From positions 1 to 57,285 of the IMG/VR virus record IMGVR_UViG_3300046057_000055: DNA of 57,285 nucleotides, one strand, 5' to 3'. The stretch is from a virus. Positions 6,927 through 16,782 of the stretch are shown in pieces; within the stretch, counting starts at the first letter, position 1; each line of letters begins with the position of its first letter. The notes below the pieces were generated by a model that was given only the letters and a program-made list of their open reading frames with translations, did not search any database and was not told where the DNA came from. The position numbers were made by a program, and so were the translations under genes.

Positions 6927-7667
6927 ATGACCGAACAACTCTCGCGGCGGACGTTCATCGGTGCCGCCAGCATCACGGCCCTCACTGGCTGCTATGGAAC
7001 AACGGACAATACCCGAGACGAGAGCAGCAACGACGAACCGGAGACCACACCCAGGGCTTCTGTCGAGATCACCAGCACCACCCTGATCGACGGCGCGTCG
7101 GTCACCGCTTCGGAGAGTGGCCAAGTCCCTTGGGCGTATGTCGACGTCGAGAACACAACTGAGGTCGATCACGGTCGGCTGGATCTCCAGCTGCGCTTCT
7201 ACGACGACGCCGACGAGCTGATGGATACGCGCCGGGGCAGCGTCGAGCTACTTCCGGGGGAGACGACCTGGCGCCACTACCAGCGATTCACAAAAGGACG
7301 GGACTTGGACGAAGGCCGCGACATCGTTCAGAACATCGAGGCAGACATCCTTGAGGCGGACCGACGCGCGATTACTAACCCGCCAGCGACCGCCGACGTC
7401 GTCAAGAGCGAGATGGTAGCTGAACCAGAGTCTGGTGTAACCGTAACCGGAGAAATCAGTACTGGCGAAACTGGTGTTGAGGGGACGTTGTACGTGATCG
7501 CTCAGGTATACGACGATGCCGGGAGACTGCGGGGCACCACATTCGATAGCCGCGACAGTCTGTCAGCGAATGCTCGGTGGCGCTTCGAAGCCAGCTCGCT
7601 CATCCGAACACCGCCAGACGTTGAGGGGCAAGCGGCCGATCACGAGATTATCCTCCACGCTCAATGA
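6927..7667 (+). CDS. Tat-exported lipoprotein with two FxLYD-type domains (246 aa)
   Basis: Twin-arginine SRRTFIG and lipobox LTGC. LQLRFYDDADEL and VIAQVYDDAGRL motifs. Confidence 0.8.
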   Translation: MTEQLSRRTFIGAASITALTGCYGTTDNTRDESSNDEPETTPRASVEITSTTLIDGASVTASESGQVPWAYVDVENTTEVDHGRLDLQLRFYDDADELMDTRRGSVELLPGETTWRHYQRFTKGRDLDEGRDIVQNIEADILEADRRAITNPPATADVVKSEMVAEPESGVTVTGEISTGETGVEGTLYVIAQVYDDAGRLRGTTFDSRDSLSANARWRFEASSLIRTPPDVEGQAADHEIILHAQ

Positions 7668-7722
7668 CGGCGTGAGGAGAATCGGCCTATCACTTATCAT
7701 ATCGTTACGATTAGTTACGGGC

Positions 7723-8460
7723 ATGGCTGATCAACTCGGGCGTCGAGAGTTCCTCGGGATCACCGGCAGTGCCGCCTTCGCCGGTTGCCTCAGCTCTACG
7801 AGCGAACCGACCAGTTCAGACGCCAGTGATCCCAACCAGAAAGAGAACGACGACCAGCCGTTGTTCTTCAACCGAGGGGACGTACTTGACGCGTTCTCGG
7901 ATAGAGGTGTAGAATTTCGCGAGTTCCAGTGGGGATATGACCCGAGGACGGAGTCCCCTGCAGCTGTCGGAGTCGTTGAAAATACGCGTGGGGAAGAGAT
8001 CGCAAGTGCTAGAGTCGCAGTTGATTTCTACGACGGAGACGTTCAGCTTGGAAGCCGCTGGACGATGCCTCGGTATCTCGGTCCAGGCGAATTTGCACAG
8101 GTCCACATTCCAGCAGCTGTCGACGATCCAGACCGAATCACGCGCGTTGCCGTCGATACGACCGTGCGTCTCGAGTCTCTAACGCCCCAGAATGACGGAG
8201 AGGTAACGATCACCGCAGAACAGTTTGATCAGGGCCAGGAACCACCTGTCGTCTCTGGGACTCTCGAGAATGAGACTGACGACGAACTGTCTCGAGTGTA
8301 CATCCACATCAACTTCTACGACGGGGACGAGCTCGTCTACTGGCGAAAGGACGGTGTTAGCCGGCTATCGGCAGGCAACGCTGCAGAGTGGGAAGTCAGC
8401 GCACATCAGAACGGTGATCGGGTTGCGGATTACAAGCGCCGAATCACTGTACAGCAGTAG
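7723..8460 (+). CDS. Tat-exported lipoprotein with two FxLYD-type domains (245 aa), paralogue of 6927..7667
   Basis: GRREFLG and lipobox FAGC. VAVDFYDGDVQL and IHINFYDGDELV motifs. ATG 7723 chosen within the ORF-track ORF. The gene is visibly AT-richer than its surroundings. Confidence 0.8.
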   Translation: MADQLGRREFLGITGSAAFAGCLSSTSEPTSSDASDPNQKENDDQPLFFNRGDVLDAFSDRGVEFREFQWGYDPRTESPAAVGVVENTRGEEIASARVAVDFYDGDVQLGSRWTMPRYLGPGEFAQVHIPAAVDDPDRITRVAVDTTVRLESLTPQNDGEVTITAEQFDQGQEPPVVSGTLENETDDELSRVYIHINFYDGDELVYWRKDGVSRLSAGNAAEWEVSAHQNGDRVADYKRRITVQQ

Positions 8461-8466
8461 CTGAGA

Positions 8467-11229
8467 TCACACCCGCCGCGAGATCGACGAGAACCGCTCG
8501 TCGATCTCGCGGATGACGTCCTCGACCGGCCGCCGAGACCCACCAGTCGTGACGATCTCCGCCGGCCCAGCGTCGATCTGCTGAGTCTGGACCGCCGTGT
8601 CGATCGGTAGCCCGTCGACGACCAGCGCGTCCGTGACCGGCGGGAGATCAACGTCGCTCGGCCACGTCGCCTCGACCTCGTGATGCGGCTCCAGCCCCGT
8701 CTCGACGATCCGCAGCGCCGCCTGCCCGCACGCCCGGTCGGTCGTCAGCCCCGTGATGTCCCGGACCTCCGTGTTCGCGTCGGCGGGATCGACGCCGTCG
8801 GCGACGAACTCGCCCCGAGTCTGGTGCTCATAGTCGACGCGGTAGGCCGCCCCGTCGACGAGGTCGCCGCCGGCCAGCGCCGTGATCGTGCCGTCGCGGT
8901 GGGAGATCTCGTAGTCTGCTCCGCGGTCGAACGTCTCCTGGGTGTCCGGGTCATAGACGTCGACCGATCCCTTCAGGAGTCGTTCGTGCTGGAGTGAGAC
9001 CGCCGTCCCATGCTCGGCGGTGATCTGCTCGCGGCGGACGGACTGGTTGCTCCCGTAGACGATTGCCCGCTCGATCGGGTCCCGTGTCGTCGTGACGTTG
9101 AAGTCCGCGAGCGATGCGTCGACGGTCGTGGTCCGCTGCTCGCGCTCGGCCCACTCGAGACGGCCGCCGCTGTCATCCATCTCGAACGCGAAGACGCTGT
9201 CGCCCAGCTGCTCGGCCAGTTCGCGGAGGACGTCGACGACCGTCGCGTCGAACTGCCTGTCGAGCACCAGCGGCATATCGTCCAGTTGTGCTGTGAGCGT
9301 CAGCGAGTCCACCGACTGGCCGTTGTAGCCGTACCGTGGCGTCCGGCCCTGCGGGGTCTGGCCGATCGGCCAGCGCGAGAGCGTCGCCTCGGCCTGGATC
9401 TCGCCAGTCCTCGACGCCCAGTCCGCCGAGACGGTCTCGGTGTTCGACGCCGTGACCAGCGCGTCGTCGCCGTCGTTGGTGATGCCGACCGCCTGCTGGC
9501 CGTCGACGCTGTCGAACGACGTCGTGAGGTCGCCACCGATCACGCTCAACACAGTGTTGGAGACGTCGAAGCGGATCGTCTCGATTGGATAGTGTTCGGG
9601 CCCGTCGAGCGCGTTTCGCGACGTCGACGACACCCAGGTCGGCTCCTCGTCCAAGGTGATGTCGTAGCGATTGTCTGCGAGCGCGACGTGGTCGATCACC
9701 GTCGGGTCGCTTGCAGACTGCGTGATCTCGACGCGGATCGTGTGCTCGCCCGCCGCGAGGTCGCCGTACGTCCAGCCGTTCGAGACAAAGCTCTCGCCGT
9801 CGTCGCCGTAGTCGCGCCAGCTGAGCCCGAGACGACCGAACGAGTCTGAATAGTTGATCGTGGACAGGAGGTTGCCGTCGAGATAGACCCTGGTTTCGGG
9901 CGTGGCACTGCCAGGGTTCTCGGCACGGATCCAGATGCCGACCTGACTTTCTGGGATCTCGTAGCCGGTCGTGAACGTCCACTCCGCGACCTGGCCACTG
10001 GTGTCGAGCCACCGCGCGGCGCCGTACTCGTCAGTGTTCCCGTCGCCGGAGTAGGCCATGTCCTCGCTGAAGGTCCCGTCAGCAACCTCGTCCCCATCGT
10101 AGCCGTCTGCTGTGAAACACGACTGCAACAGTGACAAGCCGTTGGCGACGTCGACCGGACGCGTGCTTAGGTCCGTCGTCTGTGTGATCCCTGCCCAGTC
10201 GGCGTCCGTCGTGACGTCCTGGACGACGTCCTCGGTCTCCTCGACGCTTGGCGTGTCGACGCTGGTCGCGTAGCACGTTTCGCTGGCGACCAGCTCTTCG
10301 GCGACCTCGTGGACGGGGCGCGAGTCGTACTCGGCCTCGACGCGCTCTCGGAGCTGCTCGCCGCCGCGGGCGACCAGCACCGTCCGACCGGGCTGCTGCT
10401 CGACGTCCAGAAGGACCTCGGCCGGCTGGCGCTCGCCGTCGTGCCAGACGCGCACCGCAGCCTTCTCGAACGCATCGGCCTGCCACTTCGTCGACTTTGT
10501 GACTGGGATGCGAACGCGCGGCAGGCCATTGACCTTCGGGACGATCTGCGCTTCGTCGAGGACGCTCGGCCGATGGGTGGAGCCGTCGGCCGCGTCGATC
10601 TCGACGTACCAGCCCGATGCGGGGATCCGCGACGTCGGCTTGCCCGTCGCGTCCGCGGTCGCGCTGATCTCTTCGGTGTCGGCGTAGACCCACTCCGTGT
10701 GCTCGCGGACGTAATAGCGATACTCTCGCTGCGGCAGCACACCGTCGTCGGTGACCGTCGTGTCGTCGGCCCCGGTCGTGCCGATCTGCTCGAAGCTCTC
10801 GACACTGCCGTCGAATACCCGCGCCCGGAAGATCTTGCTCCCGGAGTCATTGTCAGCGTACTCTGCCCAGTCCAGCGAGACCGACGTCGCCGACGTCGAC
10901 GCGGTGAGACTGTCGGGGGCCGGAAACTTCGTGATGTCCTCGGCCTCGAGCCACGAGCCGGTCTTGTAGGCCGTCTGCGTTCGGAGCCGGACCGAATACT
11001 GCTCGCCGTCCTGGAGCCCGGTGATCTGGTGCGAGGTCGTCCCTACGCCGACCGTCGCCTCGTCCTGGTAGTCTGGGTGGTTGCCATCGGGATCGTCGTC
11101 GCGCAACTCCAGGTGGAACTCGCCGTTGTTGAGGACGTCGTCCCACGTCGCGGTGAGTTCGTCCTCGACGCTGGCGTCCAGCTGGAGGCCGCTCGCAGCG
11201 GGCAGATCGGTAGTGAACTGAGCCGGCAT
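8467..11229 (-). CDS. Tail fiber / receptor-binding protein with N-terminal FN3 repeats (920 aa)
   Basis: FN3-like segments (LTATWDD...GEQYSVRLRT; VSLDWAE...YRYYVRE). It is the last gene of the tail module, and its start overlaps the upstream stop (TAATG). Confidence 0.7.
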   Translation of the reverse strand: MPAQFTTDLPAASGLQLDASVEDELTATWDDVLNNGEFHLELRDDDPDGNHPDYQDEATVGVGTTSHQITGLQDGEQYSVRLRTQTAYKTGSWLEAEDITKFPAPDSLTASTSATSVSLDWAEYADNDSGSKIFRARVFDGSVESFEQIGTTGADDTTVTDDGVLPQREYRYYVREHTEWVYADTEEISATADATGKPTSRIPASGWYVEIDAADGSTHRPSVLDEAQIVPKVNGLPRVRIPVTKSTKWQADAFEKAAVRVWHDGERQPAEVLLDVEQQPGRTVLVARGGEQLRERVEAEYDSRPVHEVAEELVASETCYATSVDTPSVEETEDVVQDVTTDADWAGITQTTDLSTRPVDVANGLSLLQSCFTADGYDGDEVADGTFSEDMAYSGDGNTDEYGAARWLDTSGQVAEWTFTTGYEIPESQVGIWIRAENPGSATPETRVYLDGNLLSTINYSDSFGRLGLSWRDYGDDGESFVSNGWTYGDLAAGEHTIRVEITQSASDPTVIDHVALADNRYDITLDEEPTWVSSTSRNALDGPEHYPIETIRFDVSNTVLSVIGGDLTTSFDSVDGQQAVGITNDGDDALVTASNTETVSADWASRTGEIQAEATLSRWPIGQTPQGRTPRYGYNGQSVDSLTLTAQLDDMPLVLDRQFDATVVDVLRELAEQLGDSVFAFEMDDSGGRLEWAEREQRTTTVDASLADFNVTTTRDPIERAIVYGSNQSVRREQITAEHGTAVSLQHERLLKGSVDVYDPDTQETFDRGADYEISHRDGTITALAGGDLVDGAAYRVDYEHQTRGEFVADGVDPADANTEVRDITGLTTDRACGQAALRIVETGLEPHHEVEATWPSDVDLPPVTDALVVDGLPIDTAVQTQQIDAGPAEIVTTGGSRRPVEDVIREIDERFSSISRRV

Positions 11230-13697
11230 TATTGGTCCTCCCTCGCAGTGGTGTGTTCAGTGTATGTCTCAACGGTGGTGCCGTAGAGCATCCCATCGAG
11301 TAGTTCGGTCGTCTGGGTAGACTGCGTCTCCCCCTCGCCGACCGGTGCGACGTCGCTCCCGTCCTGCGAGTAGCTGCCGCTGTCATCCTCGCGGAGCAGC
11401 AGCCGGTAGCCGTCGGCGTTGTTCGAGGGGTCAGTCCACGAGATCGTGGCGTGACGGCCGTCGACGGACTCAACCGCCAGCTCAACCGGCGGGAGGTTCG
11501 TGATGGCCGTTTTCGTAGACGTGTCGTCAAAGAAGTACGTGCCGCCAGTCCCACGACGGTATTGCTGGATGGTGGTCCGAGCAAACGCCTCATATTGCTC
11601 GCCGTCCAGTAACCCATCTCGAGTCTCGCTTGTCTGGTCTGCAGGGAGATCGGCGTGATGGTCCCATGTATCGCTGCCCGTCGGCCTGAACTTCGTCTCC
11701 TGCTTCGAGGGGAAGGCAGCGTTGTTCGTCCACGAGAGTGTTATCTCGCGATCCGTCGAGGCGTCGAGCGCAAGGTCTGATGGGGCGGCAGGCCGGGTGT
11801 GCTCGTGTAGGATGTCGCTGACGACGATACGGTCGTATCCTCGGTGGTCCGCGCCGCCCATGTTGTTCCCCGTGATTCTCACCCGGGCATCCGACGACAT
11901 GTATGAGCCGGGGACGAGAGCGTGGGCCTCAAACCAGTCCGACTTGTTGTACGCCGATGCCTCGTAGTCGTTGTTGTCGGGAATGTTGTTGATCTGGTGT
12001 ATCGTCTGCCACGTCGATCCGTCGTACCATTCGATGCGAATGTCGTCGCCGTGGTTCGTGTCCATCGACCCGATAGCCATCGCGCAGCGGACGATCACAC
12101 CTGATTCGCCGCTCATATCGCCGAGGTCCTTCATCACTGTACTGTTGCCGTCCAGCCTGAGGCAGTACGATCCGCTGTCGGATCCGTCGATTGCCGTATC
12201 TTCGATCCCGCCAGTTACTACCCCGGACTCGGACGTGTCGAGGTACGTGTTGTCCCATTTCGACAGATCCCCGGACTCGAAATCGTCCTCGAAGTAGACA
12301 TTCCCCCGGTTGCCGTAGTCGGCGTACGCGTATTCCGAGACCCGGTATTCGTCGCCACGGTTCTCGGTCCGCTCGATGCGGAACTGGTAACGAGCGCCCT
12401 CCTCGAAATACCCTGAGTCGACAAACTCGTAGCTCTGCCCGGTCTCGTAGGTGACCGCGATCCGTTCTCCCTGCGACGGGTAGTGGGTGCTAATCGTCGT
12501 CCAACCCCCATACCCGCCCCCGTCATCCTTGCGCGCTTCGACGTGGTTGTAGTTCCCGATGTCGGACTTCCGCGTCCACGTCACATCGAAGGTGTCTGAA
12601 CCGGGACGCGATACAGCCGGGTTGTGCGGCGGGATCGGCGTCGTATAGACCGTGTCGCTCGTCGTCCAACTGGAGGTATCACCCTGCGAGTTAACCCCGC
12701 GGACCCGGAATTGGAACTCCGAGTCGATACCGACCTGCTCGTTATAGGGGGCATCGGAACTCGGGTAAACCGACGCCGTCCCGTTCGAGACGGACATATC
12801 GTAGCTCGATGGTTCGACCCACGAGGCCCCATCGCGCGACATCTGCAGGTCGTAGTCCTCGTTGTTCGAGTCGTGGTCCCAGTCAAGATCGATCTGGTAG
12901 TCGTCGACGACCGTCGCGTCGACGTTGCTTGGCGCGACCGGCGCATAGTAGTACTCGATCTCGACCTGTCCGTCGTTCGTCGCCCCAGCGCCCCCGCCGA
13001 CCGTCGTCGAGGCGGCCGTGACGCCACCGGTGTAGCTCGATCCACCGCCGCCAGCGCCAGCGCCGCCGCTGGTGTCCAGACCGGCACCGCCACCGCCGCC
13101 GTAGTATCCCCCACCGCCACCGCCGCCACCGCTCCATCCGTTTTTGGGATCGCCGCCGGCACCACCGGAGCCGGACGACCCATCCTGACCATCGTTCCCG
13201 CCGCCGGACCCGCCGGCCCCTCCACCAGATTGCGTCCCGCCGTGCCCTGCATCGCCGACGAACGACTCTGCGCCGTCCTGACCGGTGTCGCCGCCACCAT
13301 CACCGCCGGGGTTGTACGACCCACTGCCAGAGGAGTGGCCGCCGAGGCCGCCGCCACCACCGGCGACGATGACGCGGTCGGCGAGCGCGGTGCTGTTGTA
13401 TCGGACGTCGCTGGCCCCGCCTCCGGACCCACCGCCGCTGCCGTTTGACCCGTTATCTCCGCCGGATCCACCGCCGTTGAACCCGCCATTGGTCTTGAAC
13501 CCGCCACCGCCGCCGACGTACACTTCGAGCGTGTCGCTCCCGGAGACGGACAGATCGCCTTCGGTGTACCCACCAGCACCGCCTGCATCCGTCGTGTAGC
13601 CGCCACCGGCCCCCCAGCAGCGGATAGTGACTTTCTCGACGCCGTCCGGAACAGTCCAACTGTAACTCCCTGCGCTGGACCAGCTTTCAGTCGGCAT
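11229..13697 (-). CDS. Tail fiber protein with an N-terminal glycine-rich domain and multiple FN3 repeats (822 aa)
   Basis: About 250 aa of GGxGG-rich sequence ending VEIEYYY, then at least 4 FN3-like units (IDLDWDH, FDVTWTR, ITLSWTN, ATISWTD). Confidence 0.7.
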   Translation of the reverse strand: MPTESWSSAGSYSWTVPDGVEKVTIRCWGAGGGYTTDAGGAGGYTEGDLSVSGSDTLEVYVGGGGGFKTNGGFNGGGSGGDNGSNGSGGGSGGGASDVRYNSTALADRVIVAGGGGGLGGHSSGSGSYNPGGDGGGDTGQDGAESFVGDAGHGGTQSGGGAGGSGGGNDGQDGSSGSGGAGGDPKNGWSGGGGGGGGYYGGGGGAGLDTSGGAGAGGGGSSYTGGVTAASTTVGGGAGATNDGQVEIEYYYAPVAPSNVDATVVDDYQIDLDWDHDSNNEDYDLQMSRDGASWVEPSSYDMSVSNGTASVYPSSDAPYNEQVGIDSEFQFRVRGVNSQGDTSSWTTSDTVYTTPIPPHNPAVSRPGSDTFDVTWTRKSDIGNYNHVEARKDDGGGYGGWTTISTHYPSQGERIAVTYETGQSYEFVDSGYFEEGARYQFRIERTENRGDEYRVSEYAYADYGNRGNVYFEDDFESGDLSKWDNTYLDTSESGVVTGGIEDTAIDGSDSGSYCLRLDGNSTVMKDLGDMSGESGVIVRCAMAIGSMDTNHGDDIRIEWYDGSTWQTIHQINNIPDNNDYEASAYNKSDWFEAHALVPGSYMSSDARVRITGNNMGGADHRGYDRIVVSDILHEHTRPAAPSDLALDASTDREITLSWTNNAAFPSKQETKFRPTGSDTWDHHADLPADQTSETRDGLLDGEQYEAFARTTIQQYRRGTGGTYFFDDTSTKTAITNLPPVELAVESVDGRHATISWTDPSNNADGYRLLLREDDSGSYSQDGSDVAPVGEGETQSTQTTELLDGMLYGTTVETYTEHTTAREDQ

Positions 13698-14846
13698 CTA
13701 TCGACGCACCTCCTGTCGGTCGATGAGGTCCTTCTGCCCGGCCGTCGCGTAGACCGTCGACGCAGCGACCGGGTCAAGCCAGTCGACGATCCCCGACGGG
13801 ATCGGCGCGGACTCGCCATCGGGGATCGCGAACAGCACCGAGTCGTCACCGCGCCCGAGGATCGCGTCGAGCGCGTAGAGACTGGAGCCATCGCTAAACG
13901 TCAGCTGCGCGTCGACGCGGATCATCCCGACGTGCGTGAGGTCGACGTCGAGCAGCGACCACGACGAGTTGTTCGTCAGCCCGACCGCGCTCCAGGACGA
14001 CGTCGACGACTCCCAAGTCTCGGCCGTGATCGTGCCAGCGGCCTCGTCGAGCTCAACGCGGAGGACGCCAGAGTCCAGGACGACCGGGTCGGCGAAGTCG
14101 TGCTGGGGGCGGGCAACGACCTGCCACTGCCGGTTGTCGTTGCTGTCGGTTTTCGAGTCGTTGCCGCGCGTATCGTAGACGCGGACGCCGACGCGGATGT
14201 CGTCGGCGTACGGGATCTCGTAGATCAGCGTCGGGTTGTCCGCACTGACCGCGTTGGATCCGTCGGACAGATCGTAGACGTCGACGTCGCCGAACTCAGC
14301 TGTCCGCGTCGACGCCTCGGTCGCAGGCGCCCGTGCCTGCGTCTCCGGGTTAAACCACTGGGCCTTGCTCACCAGGGACGGCAGCGTGACTCTCGCGGTC
14401 GTGTCGTTGCCGAACTGCTCGTCGTGCTCGACTTGGCTCTGTTCGGTGCGCAGCGCTCGCCACTGCGAGTTGCGCGTCCCGGCGTGCCGGATCGTCCCGC
14501 TGATCTGCTGGACACGCTTCTCTGCTGTGTTTGCCCGCGAGAAGCTACCCTCCTCAAGGACGTAGTAGCCGTCCTCCGGACTGCCGCCATCGGGGGCGCA
14601 GTAGACGACTTTGCTGATCCCCGGCGCGCCGAAAAGTTCCTCGATCTCCGAAGCGACCATCTCCGCGTGGGTGCCTCTGATGGAGGCTTCGAGCCGCCGC
14701 TGGCCGGGGTCGAGGGACAGCGCCTCGACGGCCGAGCCGCCGCTGTTGAGGATGCCCTGGGCGGCGATGTTCGTCGTCGACGTCGCCTCCGAGCTACGCT
14801 GGCTGTCGGCCGAGACACGGACGTGGTGGAGTCGCTTGTCGGGCAT
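13698..14846 (-). CDS. Tail tip / baseplate hub-like protein (382 aa)
   Basis: Second gene after the tape measure candidate. Its size fits the N-terminal module of Tal/gp27-like proteins. No motif was recognised. Confidence 0.45.
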   Translation of the reverse strand: MPDKRLHHVRVSADSQRSSEATSTTNIAAQGILNSGGSAVEALSLDPGQRRLEASIRGTHAEMVASEIEELFGAPGISKVVYCAPDGGSPEDGYYVLEEGSFSRANTAEKRVQQISGTIRHAGTRNSQWRALRTEQSQVEHDEQFGNDTTARVTLPSLVSKAQWFNPETQARAPATEASTRTAEFGDVDVYDLSDGSNAVSADNPTLIYEIPYADDIRVGVRVYDTRGNDSKTDSNDNRQWQVVARPQHDFADPVVLDSGVLRVELDEAAGTITAETWESSTSSWSAVGLTNNSSWSLLDVDLTHVGMIRVDAQLTFSDGSSLYALDAILGRGDDSVLFAIPDGESAPIPSGIVDWLDPVAASTVYATAGQKDLIDRQEVRR

Positions 14847-14847
14847 G

Positions 14848-15456
14848 TTATCGGTCCTCCTGGCCGCCGGTGTCGAGCGCCTGGTCCAGCGAGATGGTCT
14901 CGATCCACGTCACCGAGCCGTCGAAGACGCTGGACTCCTCGGGCGAGTTGAAAACGATGTTTGGGTTCTCGGGGATGACCTGCAGCGGCCCGTACCGCGT
15001 GCTGCTGTCGCTACTGTACTCCCCGAACTCCAGCGTCGCCGGGTTTTTGCTGTCGATCGTCGCCGTCTGCAGGTAGCGGTCGAACACAGCCATCTGCGCG
15101 TGGACGTCCTCGCCGGTCGCGTCTGCCGGGGTCCCGCCGGCGCCAGTGTTGCCCCACTGGTGGGGCGATCCGGTGTAGCCCTGGAAGTCGATCGAGATCG
15201 CGTGGATGCCGCCACCGATATCAAGCGAGAGTTCCTGCCGGAGTCCCTCGCCGTCGATTTCCTGGTCGGTGAGGTCGCCGTACCACTCGAGGATCGTTGA
15301 CGCGATCACCGATGTCGTCCCCTCTGACTGGAAAAACTCCTGCGTCCGCGTTTCGATCTCGACGACGACGTCTGAGGGGAACACGAACGTCCCGGTGACG
15401 GTTTCGCCGGCGATCTGTGCGTTCGGGATCGTCACCTGCGGCTTCGTCCACGTCAT
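14848..15456 (-). CDS. Distal tail protein-like (202 aa)
   Basis: Immediately downstream of the tape measure candidate, with start overlapping its stop (ATGA). Confidence 0.45.
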   Translation of the reverse strand: MTWTKPQVTIPNAQIAGETVTGTFVFPSDVVVEIETRTQEFFQSEGTTSVIASTILEWYGDLTDQEIDGEGLRQELSLDIGGGIHAISIDFQGYTGSPHQWGNTGAGGTPADATGEDVHAQMAVFDRYLQTATIDSKNPATLEFGEYSSDSSTRYGPLQVIPENPNIVFNSPEESSVFDGSVTWIETISLDQALDTGGQEDR

Positions 15457-16727
15457 CTCTGGAGCCCCCGCTCGAGTTTCTCGATGCGGCGCTTCAGCTG
15501 TCGGAGGTCGCTATCGATCTTCCGTTCGAGGCTGGATAGGTCGACGTTGTACGTCGGCTTGTGTTCGACCTTCGTGTCCCCGCCCGTCCGGTCCCGGGCC
15601 TGGTTCGAGTCGGTTTGCGACCCGCCGCCGCCCGAGGAGTCAGACTCAGATCCAGAGTCAGATTGCCAGCTGTACTCGGCGTCGGTGTCGTACTCGGGCG
15701 TGTGGACCTTCGGCTGGTCTGGTACGGTATTCGCGTACGCGTCGTCGATATCGCTCCCGGTTAGGCCAGGCGTCGTCGACACACCATCGAGGTTGCCTGC
15801 TCTCGGACGATCTGTGATCCCGAAAACGTCCGGATGTTCACGGTTAGGGTTACCCGGCGTAACGTCACTGGCCGTGTCCTCGCCCTTGTCGGGGCGGTCG
15901 ACATGGCCGACAATCCGATCAGCGATGTCGATTTTCCCGTCGACGAGTGCATCGATTGCCACAGTCCCGACTAATGCCGTAAGGGCGACACCCCCGACTA
16001 TCGCAGCCAGTGGCGCACCTGCAACCAGAGCAGCGATCGAACTTCCCGCAACAAGCGATGAGATGGACGTCCCAGTAACGAACGATGCGATAGATGCCCC
16101 ACCAGCGATGAACGCCCCCAGGCCAACACCTGTCTCGATGAGTTCCGGGAGCGGCACAGGCCCAGCGATGAGGTCGCCGAGGCTGTTGAGCGGGTTGATG
16201 ATGTCCGACAGTGTGGCCTTACCCTCGATGAGGTTCTTGGCTATCAAGCCCCCGGTGATGAGTGTCGACACCGCAAGGCCCGACTTGACGAGAACTCCAG
16301 CCGAGACCTTAGTGACCAACGAACCGAGGCTCACCGGTGTAATCAGTGACGTGAGACTGGTTCCCGCCATCATACTCGCGACGCTGCCGAGGCCGAGGAG
16401 GCTTGACACGCCCCCGCCCCCACCTCCGCCGTTTGCCTCTCCTCGTTCAGTTGCCTCAAGAAGCCCCGAAAGGAGCGTATTCCGCTCCTTATCGAGTCCG
16501 ACCGTGTCCTCAAGCGCTCCCGATACGCCGGAGAGCTTCGTTCCGATGGCTGTTGTCGCCGTGGTTGCCACACCGCTCCCGGATTGACCGCCAACGCCGG
16601 CTGTCGTTGAGCTATCTACCTCTTGAGTGATGCTGATGTCGCTGAGTTCCCGCTCAAGTTGTCGGGTGGCACTTTTCACCGACGAGTCCGAGAAGGACAG
16701 CTCTGCTTCAGTACTAAACTCTGTCAT
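15453..16727 (-). CDS. Tape measure protein candidate (424 aa)
   Basis: Follows the G/GT chaperone pair. Long G/A/S/L/V-rich hydrophobic core, poly-G run and C-terminal coiled coil (LRQLKRRIEKLERGLQR). Confidence 0.6.
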   Translation of the reverse strand: MTEFSTEAELSFSDSSVKSATRQLERELSDISITQEVDSSTTAGVGGQSGSGVATTATTAIGTKLSGVSGALEDTVGLDKERNTLLSGLLEATERGEANGGGGGGGVSSLLGLGSVASMMAGTSLTSLITPVSLGSLVTKVSAGVLVKSGLAVSTLITGGLIAKNLIEGKATLSDIINPLNSLGDLIAGPVPLPELIETGVGLGAFIAGGASIASFVTGTSISSLVAGSSIAALVAGAPLAAIVGGVALTALVGTVAIDALVDGKIDIADRIVGHVDRPDKGEDTASDVTPGNPNREHPDVFGITDRPRAGNLDGVSTTPGLTGSDIDDAYANTVPDQPKVHTPEYDTDAEYSWQSDSGSESDSSGGGGSQTDSNQARDRTGGDTKVEHKPTYNVDLSSLERKIDSDLRQLKRRIEKLERGLQR

Positions 16728-16782
16728 GATGATCCCTCTTGCGCTGTGTCAAGAACTGAAAACCGCCGCTGTTCCGGCCGCG

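Noticed and set aside
13000-13520. Highly repetitive ccgcc/ccacc DNA that might be a tandem repeat or a CRISPR-like array.
   Set aside because: It is the coding sequence of the glycine-rich domain (GGN codons). It has no regular repeat-spacer periodicity.
12581-13891. Same-strand alternative-frame ORFs inside the fiber genes, such as the 436-aa ORF at 12581..13891 and the ORFs at 10079..10850.
   Set aside because: They are R/S/T/P-rich low-complexity translations. The overlapping frames encode FN3 and glycine-rich domains with proper operon coupling.
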